A DNA stretch of 64,000 nucleotides, taken from NCBI GenBank assembly GCA_965113315.1, contig OZ220364.1; one strand, given 5' to 3'. The notes under the pieces are model-generated. The model searched no databases. It was given only the letters and a program-made list of their open reading frames with translations, and was not told where the DNA came from. Of the stretch, positions 38,759 to 50,755 are shown in pieces. This DNA comes from Podarcis vaucheri (lineage: Eukaryota). How positions within the stretch are numbered: the stretch's first letter is position 1; each line of letters begins with the position of its first letter. The position numbers were made by a program, and so were the translations under genes.

Positions 38759-38965
38759 TATTGCAAAAACAATCTATGAACCCTAAGATACATAGGGTTG
38801 TAGTCTACTCAGAGCAGATCATGGACATGACTGACTTTCACCCACCAACTTGAATTTGTCTATTCTGAGCATCCTTTAATTGGATAGAACCCACATGGAG
38901 TTTATTAGAATCCAAAATGTAATAACACACTTCCATTTGTACATCATCATATAGCATCCATATGT

Positions 38966-39098
38966 NNNNNNNNNNNNNNNNNNNNNNNNNNNNNNNNNNN
39001 NNNNNNNNNNNNNNNNNNNNNNNNNNNNNNNNNNNNNNNNNNNNNNNNNNNNNNNNNNNNNNNNNNNNNNNNNNNNNNNNNNNNNNNNNNNNNNNNNN
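38966..39098. other. Assembly gap (133 N) in PPARGC1B intron 2
   Basis: Run of N. Confidence 1.
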
Positions 39099-42030
39099 AG
39101 TTCTGAGAAGCCTTTAACAGTGCAACCCATCCATGAATATAATTTCCACGATTAAAGGTTTTATTTTTTAACAGCATTCACCTAGGTTTGTTGAGATATG
39201 ATTTGATTTGGAGGTGAGCTTTATTTCTGCAAGAGCTGGAGATCTTATCTCTAGCTATATTTCTGCTTCCGAAAAGGGTTTATGTTGGAAGGATTTTGCT
39301 GTCTGACTTACGGCTGATGCACATTGTTCTTAAAAGAAAAAAATAAACTACAAATCCCTATCTTAAAATAACAGATGTCAGTGAGGATTCCCTGATTTTC
39401 CTGCAGACATTTCCCCATCTTTGTTGTTTCTGGCCTACTTTGCATCCCAATTCTGCGGAGGTTTCCTTGGAAGCAAGTCACACTGAGTTCAGTAAGACTT
39501 ACTCTCAGGAAGATATGCCTAGGATTGCAGCCTTAGAAATGTTTCAACCGATACAAATGGCACACTAAAGGAAGGCTGTAAGTTTAATGAGAGAATTGAT
39601 CAACTAGCCCACTTGCACAGGCTAAGGCCCATTGAACTCAATGGGATTCAGTTCTAAGTAAATATGTGTAGGACCATACTGTACAGCTTTGATCTCAGAT
39701 TAAAATTTGCCCCTCCATTAGCTGCTGGGTCTGAGGCTGAAGGGTACAAACTTCACACAGATTGCACATGCATAGCTATTCCCCTCTTCTCTGTACTAAA
39801 TTTGATAGAGAAAAACCCAACAACTTACATCCAGCTTTTCCTCCCAGTTTATATCCATATCTATTTTGTCATCTATTTTGTCATCTATTTTGCACTTGAT
39901 GACAAAGTTATCTTTTAGCAATAAAAATCACAGGCAACTGAAGTGCTCAGTTGGAATCAGTGGACACGACCCAACCACAGGCAGGTATTGTAAAATCTTG
40001 ATTTCAATGAAAGAATTATATGCACATGCACAAAACTCTGCCCCTTCAATCAGTGGGGCTTTAAAATTGCTTAACTTCAGCTGGGGTGTCCCCACTGTCT
40101 TACTGGGTTTTACTGGTATGTTTATAATCAGCCTGAAGCACACAGGTTTATCACAGAAGCAGCTTCCCACGTGATTTACCTTCCCGGTGACAATCACGCT
40201 GTAAAGGTTGTAGTAGAAACTGGCCTTACTTTGGCTTGGGCTCCATACCAATGAATGATGGAATTGGTGAATTTGAGTGTCCAGTGAAGAAAGAACTCAA
40301 TAGAGGGTGGACCATGAGCAGACAGAGCCTATGGGGAAAACTCTCATCCATCCTGCATCTGTGAGAAGCTTCGGGTCACAGTCAACTAACTTGCTGCGCT
40401 AGTGGAAGCCAGTGCAGGGATTACTCCTAGTGCAACGGGACTTCCCCTCTTTCTTCCCCCTGTGCCCTCCTCAAATTTGCTCCACAGGGTCAGGGAAACA
40501 GCCAGAACAGAATGTGGGGAGAAGGAGAGGGGAGGCTGCTCTGTCGGACAAGCAGAAATGCTTCCGCTGATGAAAGGATCCCCTTAGCAATATGATGAAT
40601 ACAACCCTTGGTGCGATTACAATCTTAGAACTGGAAGTTAGCAGATGATAATGGAACCTAACCCTCTGTTTTAAAATGTGTTTCTCCATGCACTTTGCCA
40701 CACCCCACCACATCTTGCAGATTCATCCTTGAGGTCTAGAATTGACTCTATGCTGCAATGAGGTAGAACCAGCAAAGTGCCTGTACAGTTTAAGGCATGG
40801 TTTAGCAAATCACCTCTGACAACTCAAGCAGAGGTGCTGCAGTGGCCCGAAAGCTATTGGACATCACTGGTAACCGCTAGGAAAACCACTAGGAAAACCG
40901 GCTGAGGGTGCCAGTTTTTCTAGTGGTTAATTTCAGGATGATTCATTTGGAACATGACAGTACACAGGGCCATGTAATCTTGCATCCCACTTTTTATGTA
41001 CTCAAATCAAGCAGTTCCCTAAACTGCACAGTTGCAGATATCTGAGTATGATGAACACTGGAATCATTCCTGGAAATCCAAAGGGTAGATAAAAAAGAAC
41101 ACTGTTGAGTTCAGATTATAGCTAAATGGTTCAGGGGAGGGTGAGAGCCAGTGGATTTTAACAACCAGATGTTTTGAATAACAAACGTTTTGCTGCTATT
41201 CCTAATTTCCCAAGCTGAATTTCCCATGCAGCTATTTTACAGTTCTTTGATTCTGACCTGTCACAGCCAATATGTTTAAACTTTGCAAAAATCAGGTCTG
41301 AGACTGCAGGACTCTAAATGTTAACTGAAATACAGTCATGCAGCATTTTGCTCTTGACAATTTCAATGTTATTATTTGCTTTAGCATTCCTCCCAACATA
41401 ATGGAGCACAGTATCACTTCTCTGTACCTGAGGTTATAAAGAGTTGCTGAAAAGAAAGAAAGAAGGAACTTGTTTCAAAAACAAAGTTCTTTCTTTCCTT
41501 CCTTCCTTCCTTTCTAGAACAACAGCTTGATAAAGACAATGCATGCTATGAGTCTGAAAGTGTCAGGACTTGGCAAGGTCCAACTTCCAGTATACGGGCT
41601 CCTGGGACCTGCAGGAGCTGCCTGTCACTCCAAAGCAAGTGAAGCCCAAATAAAAAAAGGTGTCTATTTCCACAGCAGAAAACAGGGGAGGGAGCAGGGC
41701 AGGGTTCTAAGGGCCTGAAGGAAGAGAGAAATTTTGGAGGCTGGGGTGGGAGAAAGCTCCCTCCTTCCAACCCACCTTCCCCCCCCCCCCGGAAATTTTA
41801 ACAGCACTTAGAAAGTGTCCTCATGCTAGAGATGGGTTACACAAAACATAGGTGCCAGCTCTAAAGCTAGGGCTTGGTGGACAGGGATTGGCCCTTGGAG
41901 TCAGCTGGTGCTGCAGCTTAGAGGGTACCTTTGAAGCACAGTGCTCACTCTGCCAGGTTCGCAGTGAAAACTGCGCATTGGTGGCGCAGGAGGTAAGGTG
42001 CCCAAGCCTGGCTGTAGAATTTCATTAGAC

Positions 42031-42077
42031 TTTGTTGTTGTTGTTGTTGTTTAGTTGTTTAGTCGTGCCCGACTCTT
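42031..42077 (-). mobile_element. RTE-BovB/Sauria SINE extreme 3' tail fragment
   Basis: (GTT)n-tttagttgtttagtcgtgcccgactctt resembles the reverse BovB-type tail (from recall). Confidence 0.55.
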
Positions 42078-43792
42078 ACTGACATCTTATTGAGAACCTT
42101 GCCCTGATGATGCCTTATTGGCTAAGCGTGCAATGTAAATGCCCTTTGTCGCGAGCTGTGTACTTGTGTGTACACAGCTGAACTAGGTGGAGGTGTGTGA
42201 ACTAGGTGGAGGTGCTCCTTTGTCCAGCCCTGCCAGCTTTCACCTGTGGAGGGACACCAGAGAGCCACCTCTTTTGCCTGCCAAAGATGTGGGAGGGTGC
42301 AGGTGATGCCAGCAGGATCCCTACACACTCCAGTGTCAACCAAGGCCCCCAAAGGGGGCATTCCAGAACAGGGAGGTGTTGAGCCAGAGCCAGCTGCAAT
42401 CACCTAGGAATGCCAGTCTATCTTGATTAGAAGCAGGCACAGGGAACCTTCACTGGAGGCAATTCAGGCTTTACTGGGGTAATGTGGCACAGTCTCCCAC
42501 ACTCCTTTGCTGCCTCTTATGCTGGTACTGCTTGTTTCCTAACTCCCCCCCCCCCATCTGCATTCTCATGACAGAGTTCTGCATCAGGCATTTGCATGAA
42601 CATTTGAATTGGCTCTCGGACACAAAGAGATGTGCCTAACTTTGAAGAAACGAAGAATCCCCACTGACTGTGAGTATGTGCTTATTTGGATTTGACTACA
42701 GCCACCATTAACCCCAAATATTCATGTCAGCACTACGAGAAACTATGGCGGAAACAGCAGCACTCAGAAGGAAGGGCAGCAAAGGGAGCTGTGTTCTCCG
42801 GACAAATTTATTTTCCTTCCAGCATTGGTGAGATACTTCTGCAGGCAGGAGGACATCAGCAGGGTATGTTTCATCGGGCTCTGCTCATTCCTAAAAGACC
42901 TGCCTTTTACTTTTCAGCTCTGTTTATCTTTTCCTCAGGAAGTTCAGTGGAAAATATGCATCCCGCAATGACGGCCTGTCAGTCACTCTCGACCTTTTGC
43001 AAGAACAGTGTAAAGCTGGCATGTGAAGGTGTCACTGTGGGGAAGGAATTCTTTAAAAGTTCATCATGAGTGGATAATTCCACTACAAAATGCGAGCTGG
43101 CAGGCAGTTGTAATCTGGAATCCAAAATCAACCTTATGCTAAAGACAAAAGGAAAAGAAAAGAAAAAAAGAAAGAACACCTTCTCTTCATATACAGCAAA
43201 CAATCTGTTCCCCCTGAAGCAGCAGGTATTTAATGGAGGAGAGGCAAGAGGAGAATGGCTTTTTTCTGCCAAATTCCTGATACTACATCAGGCCAGGTAT
43301 AAACTCATACCCCACACTGTTCTCTCCCCACTCCTCCTGCCTCCTTGATTTCCTTTCTCAATTACTCTGGCGAGGCACTTCAAAGAACCTCTTCAGACAT
43401 CCTCCACCCCGGCCAAAGATCATCACGGGAATCGAGTGTATAAAATGATGAACTATTCTTTTATTACAGGAACTAAACGGCAATAATATTAGGTTTTTGC
43501 ATAATGTGCAGGACTCTCCCAACATCCTGGTTCCTGCTGAGTCAGTCAGCCGACAGAGCCTGCAGCAGCCAGACCAGTCTGCAAGGCAGGATGCAGAAAT
43601 GGAGCCAAGCTGCTTTGTTGCTCAGCCTTCAGAGGAAGCAAAGGTTACCTGGAAGGCTATGATGGGGTTAAGAAGGGAGCAGGGGTGGCGGGTGAGGCAC
43701 CATCATGTGAACTAGCTCTAGACTCTTGGAAATGCTACTGGCATTCGACATAAGAGGCAAGAGCAGGCATATCGTGTGCATGTGAACACAAT

Positions 43793-43993
43793 GGGAAGGG
43801 CTCTAGCTCAGTGGTAGAGCATCTGTCTTGTAAGCAGACAGTTGCAACTTCAATCCCTGACATCTCCAGGTAAGGCTGGGAAAGACTCCCTGTCCGAAAT
43901 GTTGAAGGGCTGCTACCTACCGGTCAGTGTAGGCAATACTGAACTAGGTAGGGCAATGGTCTGATATGCCACAAGGCAGCTTCCTGTCTTCCT
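43793..43993 (+). mobile_element. Squamate tRNA-derived SINE (Squam3-like)
   Basis: Box A tagctcagtggtagagca, box B-like cttcaatcc, body ending ggcagcttcctgtcttcct; related copies elsewhere in the window. Confidence 0.78.
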
Positions 43994-45759
43994 AAATTAA
44001 CAGGGGGGGAACTGAAGCCAAGAACTGTTCACAACATATCCTGATCATGGAAACACCACCATGAATACCTTGTGCCCTGTTGGGAGATGGTTTGTATTTT
44101 GTGGAAAGCCAAGAGCAAGGAGGGGGAGGCGGCGTGGGGGGCGCCAAGGGAGCTGTGTCACCCGCAGGTAATCTGTGCGCCTTTAATCTTCCTCGCGGGC
44201 TCACGGCTCCATCCACCTGCACCGCGTCTCAGCTCGCCGATTGGTATAATGGAACCACATATATTTAGAGAGCACGAGCAACACACTGAGAGGGAGCCTC
44301 AGCTAAAAATATCCATGTGCACAGAGAGATGCAAAGGTGACGCCGAAGCTGGAGAGTCAGATAAAAGGGAAGCTTTCTGTGCGCTGGAAAATTAACATTC
44401 CAGGGCCACGTCACTTTGTGTGCGGCTTCCTATGAGCTTTCCCCTCCCATCGCCACCCCCCTCCCTGGCTTGCTGCCTCCCTCCCACCCACTGCTGAACA
44501 ATCCATCAGGTTTGGAAATCAGGCTGGATGGCACAAGGCACCATCCTGTAATTTCCTTTTAATAATAGATCACAGGAGGATGGGCTCAGCAGCCTTCGCC
44601 TGCTCTTCTGCCTCCTCATTAGCTTTACTACACTTGCTCCATTTAGAAACCAAGCGCAAATTAATGGAGCACTAATCATCTGCAGAAGAGATATTAATAG
44701 TGTGGACCCCCCTCCTCACCCACAGACACCTTTCCTCAGCTTTCACCAAGCTGTTCCAGAAAAGGGGGGAAACGAGCCTCCTCTGTGTGGAGGAATTAAC
44801 AGGTGAGTGCTGGCAGGATACGGAACATCCTGGGCCTGTTTTGCATCTGCCGTAAGGGGCAAAGCACCAGGTAGGCAGGGGCAGGCAAAGGAGATTATTG
44901 GTGTGCGTGTGATTGTCTGCAAGAATTATTGATGTACTGTAGCTTCTTCACTTTGAGACAGTTGCTATATTAGTTTTGTACTTTCTGTGGCAGACCACAT
45001 GTTTCCTGTGCAGAAGAACACGGTCCCACGTTCAATTTTCAGTATCTCTAGTTAGAGACTCTAAGCGCTGAGGCTGAAAAAGAGCATCAGCTGAAACTCT
45101 GGAGAGTGGCTGTTAGTCAGGGGAGATACTATTCAGCCACTGATAGGATGGAGGACCAAACGTGAAGCCTTCAGTGTGTGGTTGCCATTTACATATCTTT
45201 CATTTTAAGAAGAAAAATGTGAAAAAGAAAGAAACAGCTACAGGAGCCCCCAATCCCAATTAGAACTGAAAAGCATGAGGGTGTTAACTCTTGCAATTTT
45301 TCTCCACCCCCCCTCACTATTATCAGCGCTGGATTTAGGGTGGTTCCCCCGCACAGGGCGCTGTGCGAAGGGGGTGCAAAATAACAAATAACAACAACAA
45401 AAAACCTATTTATTATATAGGGAGTGGCCCCCAAAACACTTCTTGGGGCAAATCACAGTTTGGGATGAATTATTTTATCAGCAAAACTGTGCTGGGGTGA
45501 GAGAAGGATTAGTTCCCCTCCACTGTACCAGAGTCCTGATCTAGGCTAAGGCTCCCACAGGTGCTATTTTTCTATTTTAAAAAAGTTGAAAGATGTGCAA
45601 CTGTGACCACACATTTACTTTGTGGTCCTACACATTTCTACTCTGTCTGAATTAAATTCTGTGTAATTCAATGGAGCTTACTCTCAGGTAAGTGGATATA
45701 AGAGTGCAGCCCTAACGTATTATCTATTTGGCCTTCAGCATAGAGAGCAGTACAGCATA

Positions 45760-46448
45760 GAGAGCAGTACATGTGAAAAGGATCTAGGAGTCTTGGTTGA
45801 CCACAAACTTGACATGAGCCAACAGTGTGACGCGGCAGCTAAAAAAGCCAATGCAATTCTGGGCTGCATCAATAGGAGTATAGCATCTAGATCAAGGGAA
45901 GTAATAGTGCCACTGTATTCTGCTCTGGTCAGACCTCACCTGGAATACTGGGTCCAGAGTTGGGCATCACAGTTCAAGAAGGACACTGACTAACTGGAAC
46001 GTGTCCAGAGGAGGGCAACCAAAATGGTCAAAGGCCTGGAAATGATGCCTTATGAGGAATGGCTAAGGGAGCTGGGCATGTTTAGCCTGGAGAAGAGGAG
46101 GTTAAGGGGTGATATGATAGCCATGTTCAAATATATAAAAGGATGTCATATAGAGGAAGGAGAAAGGTTGTTTTCTGCTGCTCCAGAGAAGCGGACACGG
46201 AGCAATGGATCCAAACTACAAGAAAGAAGATTCCACCTAAACATTAGGAAGAACTTCCTGACAGTAAGAGCTGTTTGACAGTGGAATTTGCTGCCTAGGA
46301 GTGTGGTGGAGTTTCCTACTTTGGAGGTCTTTAAGCAGAGGCTTGACAACCATATGTCAGGAGTGCTCTGATGGTGTTTCCTGCTTGGCAGGGGTTGGAC
46401 TCGATGGCCCTTGTGGTCTCTTCCAACTCTATGATTCTATGATTCTAT
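45760..46448 (+). mobile_element. 5'-truncated CR1 LINE (end of ORF2 plus 3'UTR)
   Basis: [48 protein letters not shown] peptides with an in-frame stop; (ATTCTATG)n-type tail. Confidence 0.93.
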
Positions 46449-47296
46449 AAGGTGGCTTCATATGTTCCTGGCTGCACTTTGCACAGGAAGCCAAAGGAAG
46501 AAGCCACAAATCCCAACTGTAGCCCAAAACAACTGCTCTTGCAGGTAGCAGGCCATATATTAGTACTTTAGGTCTGAACTGTTCAGACATGCATCCCATT
46601 ATCCCCAGCCAGTTTATCCAATGGTCACAAATGATGGGAGATGTGGTCCAACAATATTTGGGGACCACCTTAGAATAACAAGAGATCACCCTTCACCTTT
46701 CCTTGGACAAATGAAGGCCAGATTTATATGTGTTCTTCCTTCACAGAATCATGAAGGAAACAAACTGATGTTGTGGTGGGGCTTGGCTAGTGAGTCACTG
46801 CTACTTATTGGGAGGGGCACAGTGGTGGTGAGCTGCAAAAACACCAGTGGAGTTCAGTTTGGAACTCCTCCCAGTGCATTTGCATGGTATTGCCCTTCCT
46901 TGTCCCTCCCTCTCCAAGTAAGCAGCGGCAACTCACCTGCCAAGAGGTCAGGTAATGGCCTCCATCCCACCACACTGTCTGCTGCTGACTAGAAATGTTT
47001 TGTCAGAAGACCTGTAAACAGAAAACTACATTCTTCCCTCCTACCTAGGGATCATTCCAGCACAATCCACATGTGCTACATGGATTCCTTCACTGTTCTC
47101 CTTCTCATGAAGAATAATGGCCATAGAATACACTTATTTCCTCTAGAATTGTGTTTCCTCTCTGCAGTGGGCTCCCAGAACCAACATATTGCCAATGACA
47201 GTATTATAGTTGGAGAAAGATACATGCACAATTTGGAAGTTGTGACCCAGAGTAAATTTCCCACAGTGACACAGAGAATCCCACGGCAAAGTGTAC

Positions 47297-47470
47297 CTGA
47301 AAAAGCTCGGAGTCATCTGTACTGTACTGGCTGGACTCTGTTTCAGAGTGCTCGCAACACCACTGCAGCTCATTGAAGCAACTGGCTGAGTCAAAGTCAC
47401 CGGCATCCAACTGGGACAAATCTATCTCCGGGAAATCAGAGTAGAGGTGTTCCTCACCAGACACTTCATA
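47297..47470 (-). CDS. PPARGC1B: PGC-1beta exon 2 ([22 protein letters not shown]...DDSELFQ), 174 nt
   Basis: cag| acceptor, |gtacac donor, phase 0/0; peptide matches the PGC-1beta N-terminus. Confidence 0.96.
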
Positions 47471-49797
47471 CTGTGGATGTAAAAGAGAAAAGGATGGTGA
47501 GCTTGGCTGGCTTGTGAATCCTCGGAAAAACCAAATGACGTCAAATATAATCACACATGCCTTCACAAGGTGTAGATCAGATCACTGGTGTCTTTAAGGG
47601 GTGTCCAAATGGTACACAATAAAAAGCCACACTAACGTGGAGCTAAGAAACCAAAGTCCAAACCTTCCTAAAACAAAGAGGATTTAAAACCACTTGAAGG
47701 CAGGCTGCCACCTGTAGAAAGCCTTCAAGCTCGAAAAAGGCAACAGTTCCACATTTTGTTTATTTACTGAGGTATTTTTAGCCTGTTCTTCAAAAGAATT
47801 CCTTTTACAACAAAACAAAATTTTATAAAATAACCACACTGAAACTAAAAAAAGCAAATTAAAGATGGCAGATATAGTTCTAAATGACTCCCAGTGGCTC
47901 TTTTTCTGACCTGACCTGGTATTACTGATGAAAGGGGATACAGAAATGTTTTAAATAAATACATAAAATTACTGGGAAAATACAACTGAGAGCAGTGTGT
48001 AGTAAGAGTTGTGCCTCTGAAGCAAGCATGTACTGAAGGACATGAATGCTGTAAAATGAGGCATTTCCTGCCCCTCCTCCAATGTATTAAAACTAAAAAT
48101 CCTGAGATTATTTTTCTTTTCCGCATTATTACCTGCTGGTGAATTATAATTATGTCTTACTGGCTTGTCTGCAAGATCAGAATTTAGGTCTATTCTTCTC
48201 ATCCCCCTTCTTAAATTAGAAGTGACAACTTGTACCTGATTGTGATTATTATTTTTGCCGACTTTGAATATGTGCATCAATGCCATTCAAAAGAAACTGA
48301 AGGATAAAGCAAAACAGAGCACTTTCTCCACACTCAACATCTAGTATTTCCATTTGGGAATGATGCTGCAACCTTGGCCAGCTTCGCAAGAAATGCTTGG
48401 GTTTTGTATTTCTAGTACCAACATGATAATACCCTATTATGCAGATTCTAAGATTAACATTTCTGTGCTCTTGGAAATATCACTCCCGCTACCTTCTAGT
48501 GTGCGAGAGGCCAAGCCCCCTGGAGGACAGCCCAGATGCTTTGTTTCCCCATGGCAAAAAAGGAGGAGGAGGTTACTGGTGGGTGACTGACAATATGCAT
48601 CTTTCAAGTCTGTCTCTGTTCAAAGGAACAGGAAAACACCCACCCACCTACCAGCAGATCACTCAGATTAAATGGCTGCATTTCGAGGGACAATCTTTCA
48701 AAATGAATAATGCCCGTTTGATGTATAATTACAAAGATGTGCTTGTGGTGGTTTGCTTTGTTTTGTTTTTCAAGTTCAGAGGAAACAGACATTTTCAACT
48801 TTTCTTGGGACAGTTCCCTTGCTCATGGATCATCACCATGATCCATTGCTAGCCTTCCACGTCCATCTCAAGGTGGTGTACAAATTATACTAAAAACAGC
48901 TAAGGAGAGTTATAAAAATAGCAGAAGACCAGTTCAACCACTGGTGATCTCCTCAGGCAAGACAGACAGTCAGACACACACACACAGACGCCCCCGTACA
49001 CCACCAGAGCAGCTGCATGGCTTCTTAAGGGACACTTAAGCTACTCCAGCCTTTAGTGACGTAATGCGGACATCCAAGGCTTATACTAGTGCCCTGATAG
49101 CCAGCAATTAGGAAGGAAAGGAAGAGGCTTATAGGGTACACCAGACAGTCACGAATCAGGTAAGGCTCTGTAACAGAGGCCTGTGTGCATCTGAAGGTGG
49201 CACTTTTGGCCTGCTGTGCATTCTGGGTCCTGACCACCCCTAACCTCCCCTTTCTTTCTCAGGCCTTCCAGCCCCAGCTCCATTCATCAGCTAAACTTAG
49301 CTCCGCCACGCTCTTGGCAGTGGCAAGCAGGCCTTGGAGCTTCAATATTTCCTCATACCCGTGGCAATCTCTCCTTATAGAAACAAGTTTCTCCAGACAC
49401 CAATTCAATAACAGCTCTAACAATCCATTGTATTCTTCCCCTGCTCCTCAAGCCCAGCCAAAACGAGAGTATAATAGAGCAGAATCAATGGCTGGCGCAT
49501 GTAAGGCAATCTAAGCTCTAAGAACTGAGCTAAAAATATCCAGTCAATCACACAGAGCAGCTGAGACCCGGCCCCATTTCCACCACATTCTCAAGGCATA
49601 CGCAATTGCATTAAACTCCCAACACGGTCGGCGAAAGCGAGTGACCAAGAAGGACACAGTAATGCTGCACTGCACCATTACTGCTAAGCCTACCAAAGGT
49701 CACAGATATGCTGGGGGATGCGGCTTTCGAAGGTCCACGATGCACAAAGGCGGGGGAGGGGGAGGACTGTGATACAGAAGACAAGGCCTGCTCAGAT

Positions 49798-50256
49798 TAG
49801 GGATGGATGAGGGAGAAGGTAGGCTGTCTGGGCTGAAAGGTGAACCTCCCTACTTTGCACTTCCCCAAAGCAGTACACAAGACAGAAGCACAGTTATCCT
49901 CGAAAATCTGCACTCTCCGAATTTTCCAGTGCAGTTCTGCAGCCAAGTAACATGTACTTAATATATACAAAAATGTATATATTAGTAGAACTGACATGGG
50001 TGGTGATGGCAGGTGTGTGTGTGTGGGGGGGGGAATCCATTGTACTAGGAAAATTCCTTTGCAAAAAACCTGTCTCTTAGGCAAAACCACTTACAAAAAT
50101 GTGTCTACTAGTTGAAATTTGCACAGAAATGCTGGTGAATCTTTATGAAACCCTTTTAAAAATCACCATCATCACAAACTGATGTACAAATGTGGGGAAC
50201 AAAACATAAGATTGGAAAAATGAGAAACCTGAAATTGACATATGGGCCCATCCCTA
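49798..50256. mobile_element. Non-autonomous hAT-like element (TIR TAGGGATGG...CCATCCCTA)
   Basis: 9-bp inverted termini; degenerate 8-bp TSD (GCTCAGAT vs GCTCAAGC once the LTR element is removed). Confidence 0.6.
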
Positions 50257-50257
50257 G

Positions 50258-50710
50258 TGTCAGGGAACTGACATCGGAGGAAAGGGAAGTGGTAAGGCTC
50301 CCAGAGACTGGGAGAGAGTCAACAGCCAAAGCAGGGACCAGCAGGGGGAGCGCGGGGTCTCTGGAGGAGGATCTCAGTAATGCTGAGAGACACGCAGCAG
50401 CCCAGGCAGGAAGCAGCAGGGGAGAGAAAGGGGTGAGAGACACTTCGAGCGAAAATAGCGGGGAGGTGTCAGAAGCAACTGCCGGGAGACCCATGCTTCG
50501 CCGGAAGCTGCCACGTCGTGAGTCCAGGAGACGCGTTTCCGTTAAGGAACTTCTTTGCTGGAAGCGCTTCCGCAGACAGCCACTGTCAGACTCTACTAGT
50601 GACTAGAGCAGACATGTCTGAGGAGCTCTGTCACACACAGAGGTTTGTGGGGTCGCACAAACTCTGAAGGGGCACAATTTTAAGCACAAGCAGCTAACCA
50701 TCCCCTGACA
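50258..50710 (+). repeat. 5' LTR (453 bp)
   Basis: Direct repeat of 55377-55829; one difference seen (C50391 vs G55510); 8-bp terminal inverted repeats. Confidence 0.97.
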
Positions 50711-50712
50711 GC

Positions 50713-50723
50713 AGTCTGACAGT
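50713..50723 (+). promoter_or_regulatory. Self-priming primer-binding site (AGTCTGACAGT)
   Basis: Exact reverse complement of LTR 50582-50592 (ACTGTCAGACT); no TGG tRNA-type PBS follows the LTR. Confidence 0.8.
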
Positions 50724-50755
50724 CTCTGTACGCTGCCTGTGCAGGAGAAAGCATC

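Larger units (their letters stand above)
22716..47470 (-). other. PPARGC1B: PPARGC1B gene span, coding exons 2-12 (5'-partial; exon 1 is outside the window)
   Basis: 11 exons join in phase through GT-AG sites to give 995 codons plus stop. They carry the PGC-1 family hallmarks: acidic N-terminal domain, LKKLL and LKELL motifs, LTPPTTPP, DHDY, poly-E and a C-terminal RRM. Confidence 0.97.

Noticed and set aside
39859-42214. Short direct repeats (12-mer near 39859-39892; 19-mer near 42179-42214) as array-like structures
   Set aside because: Simple local slippage duplications with no spacer structure; no CRISPR or other prokaryotic features in this window.
50190-50606. 138-aa ORF running from the host flank into the 5' LTR
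   Set aside because: It is the LTR copy of the pol tail, joined by chance to an ATG in the adjacent MITE; no evidence of a separate gene.
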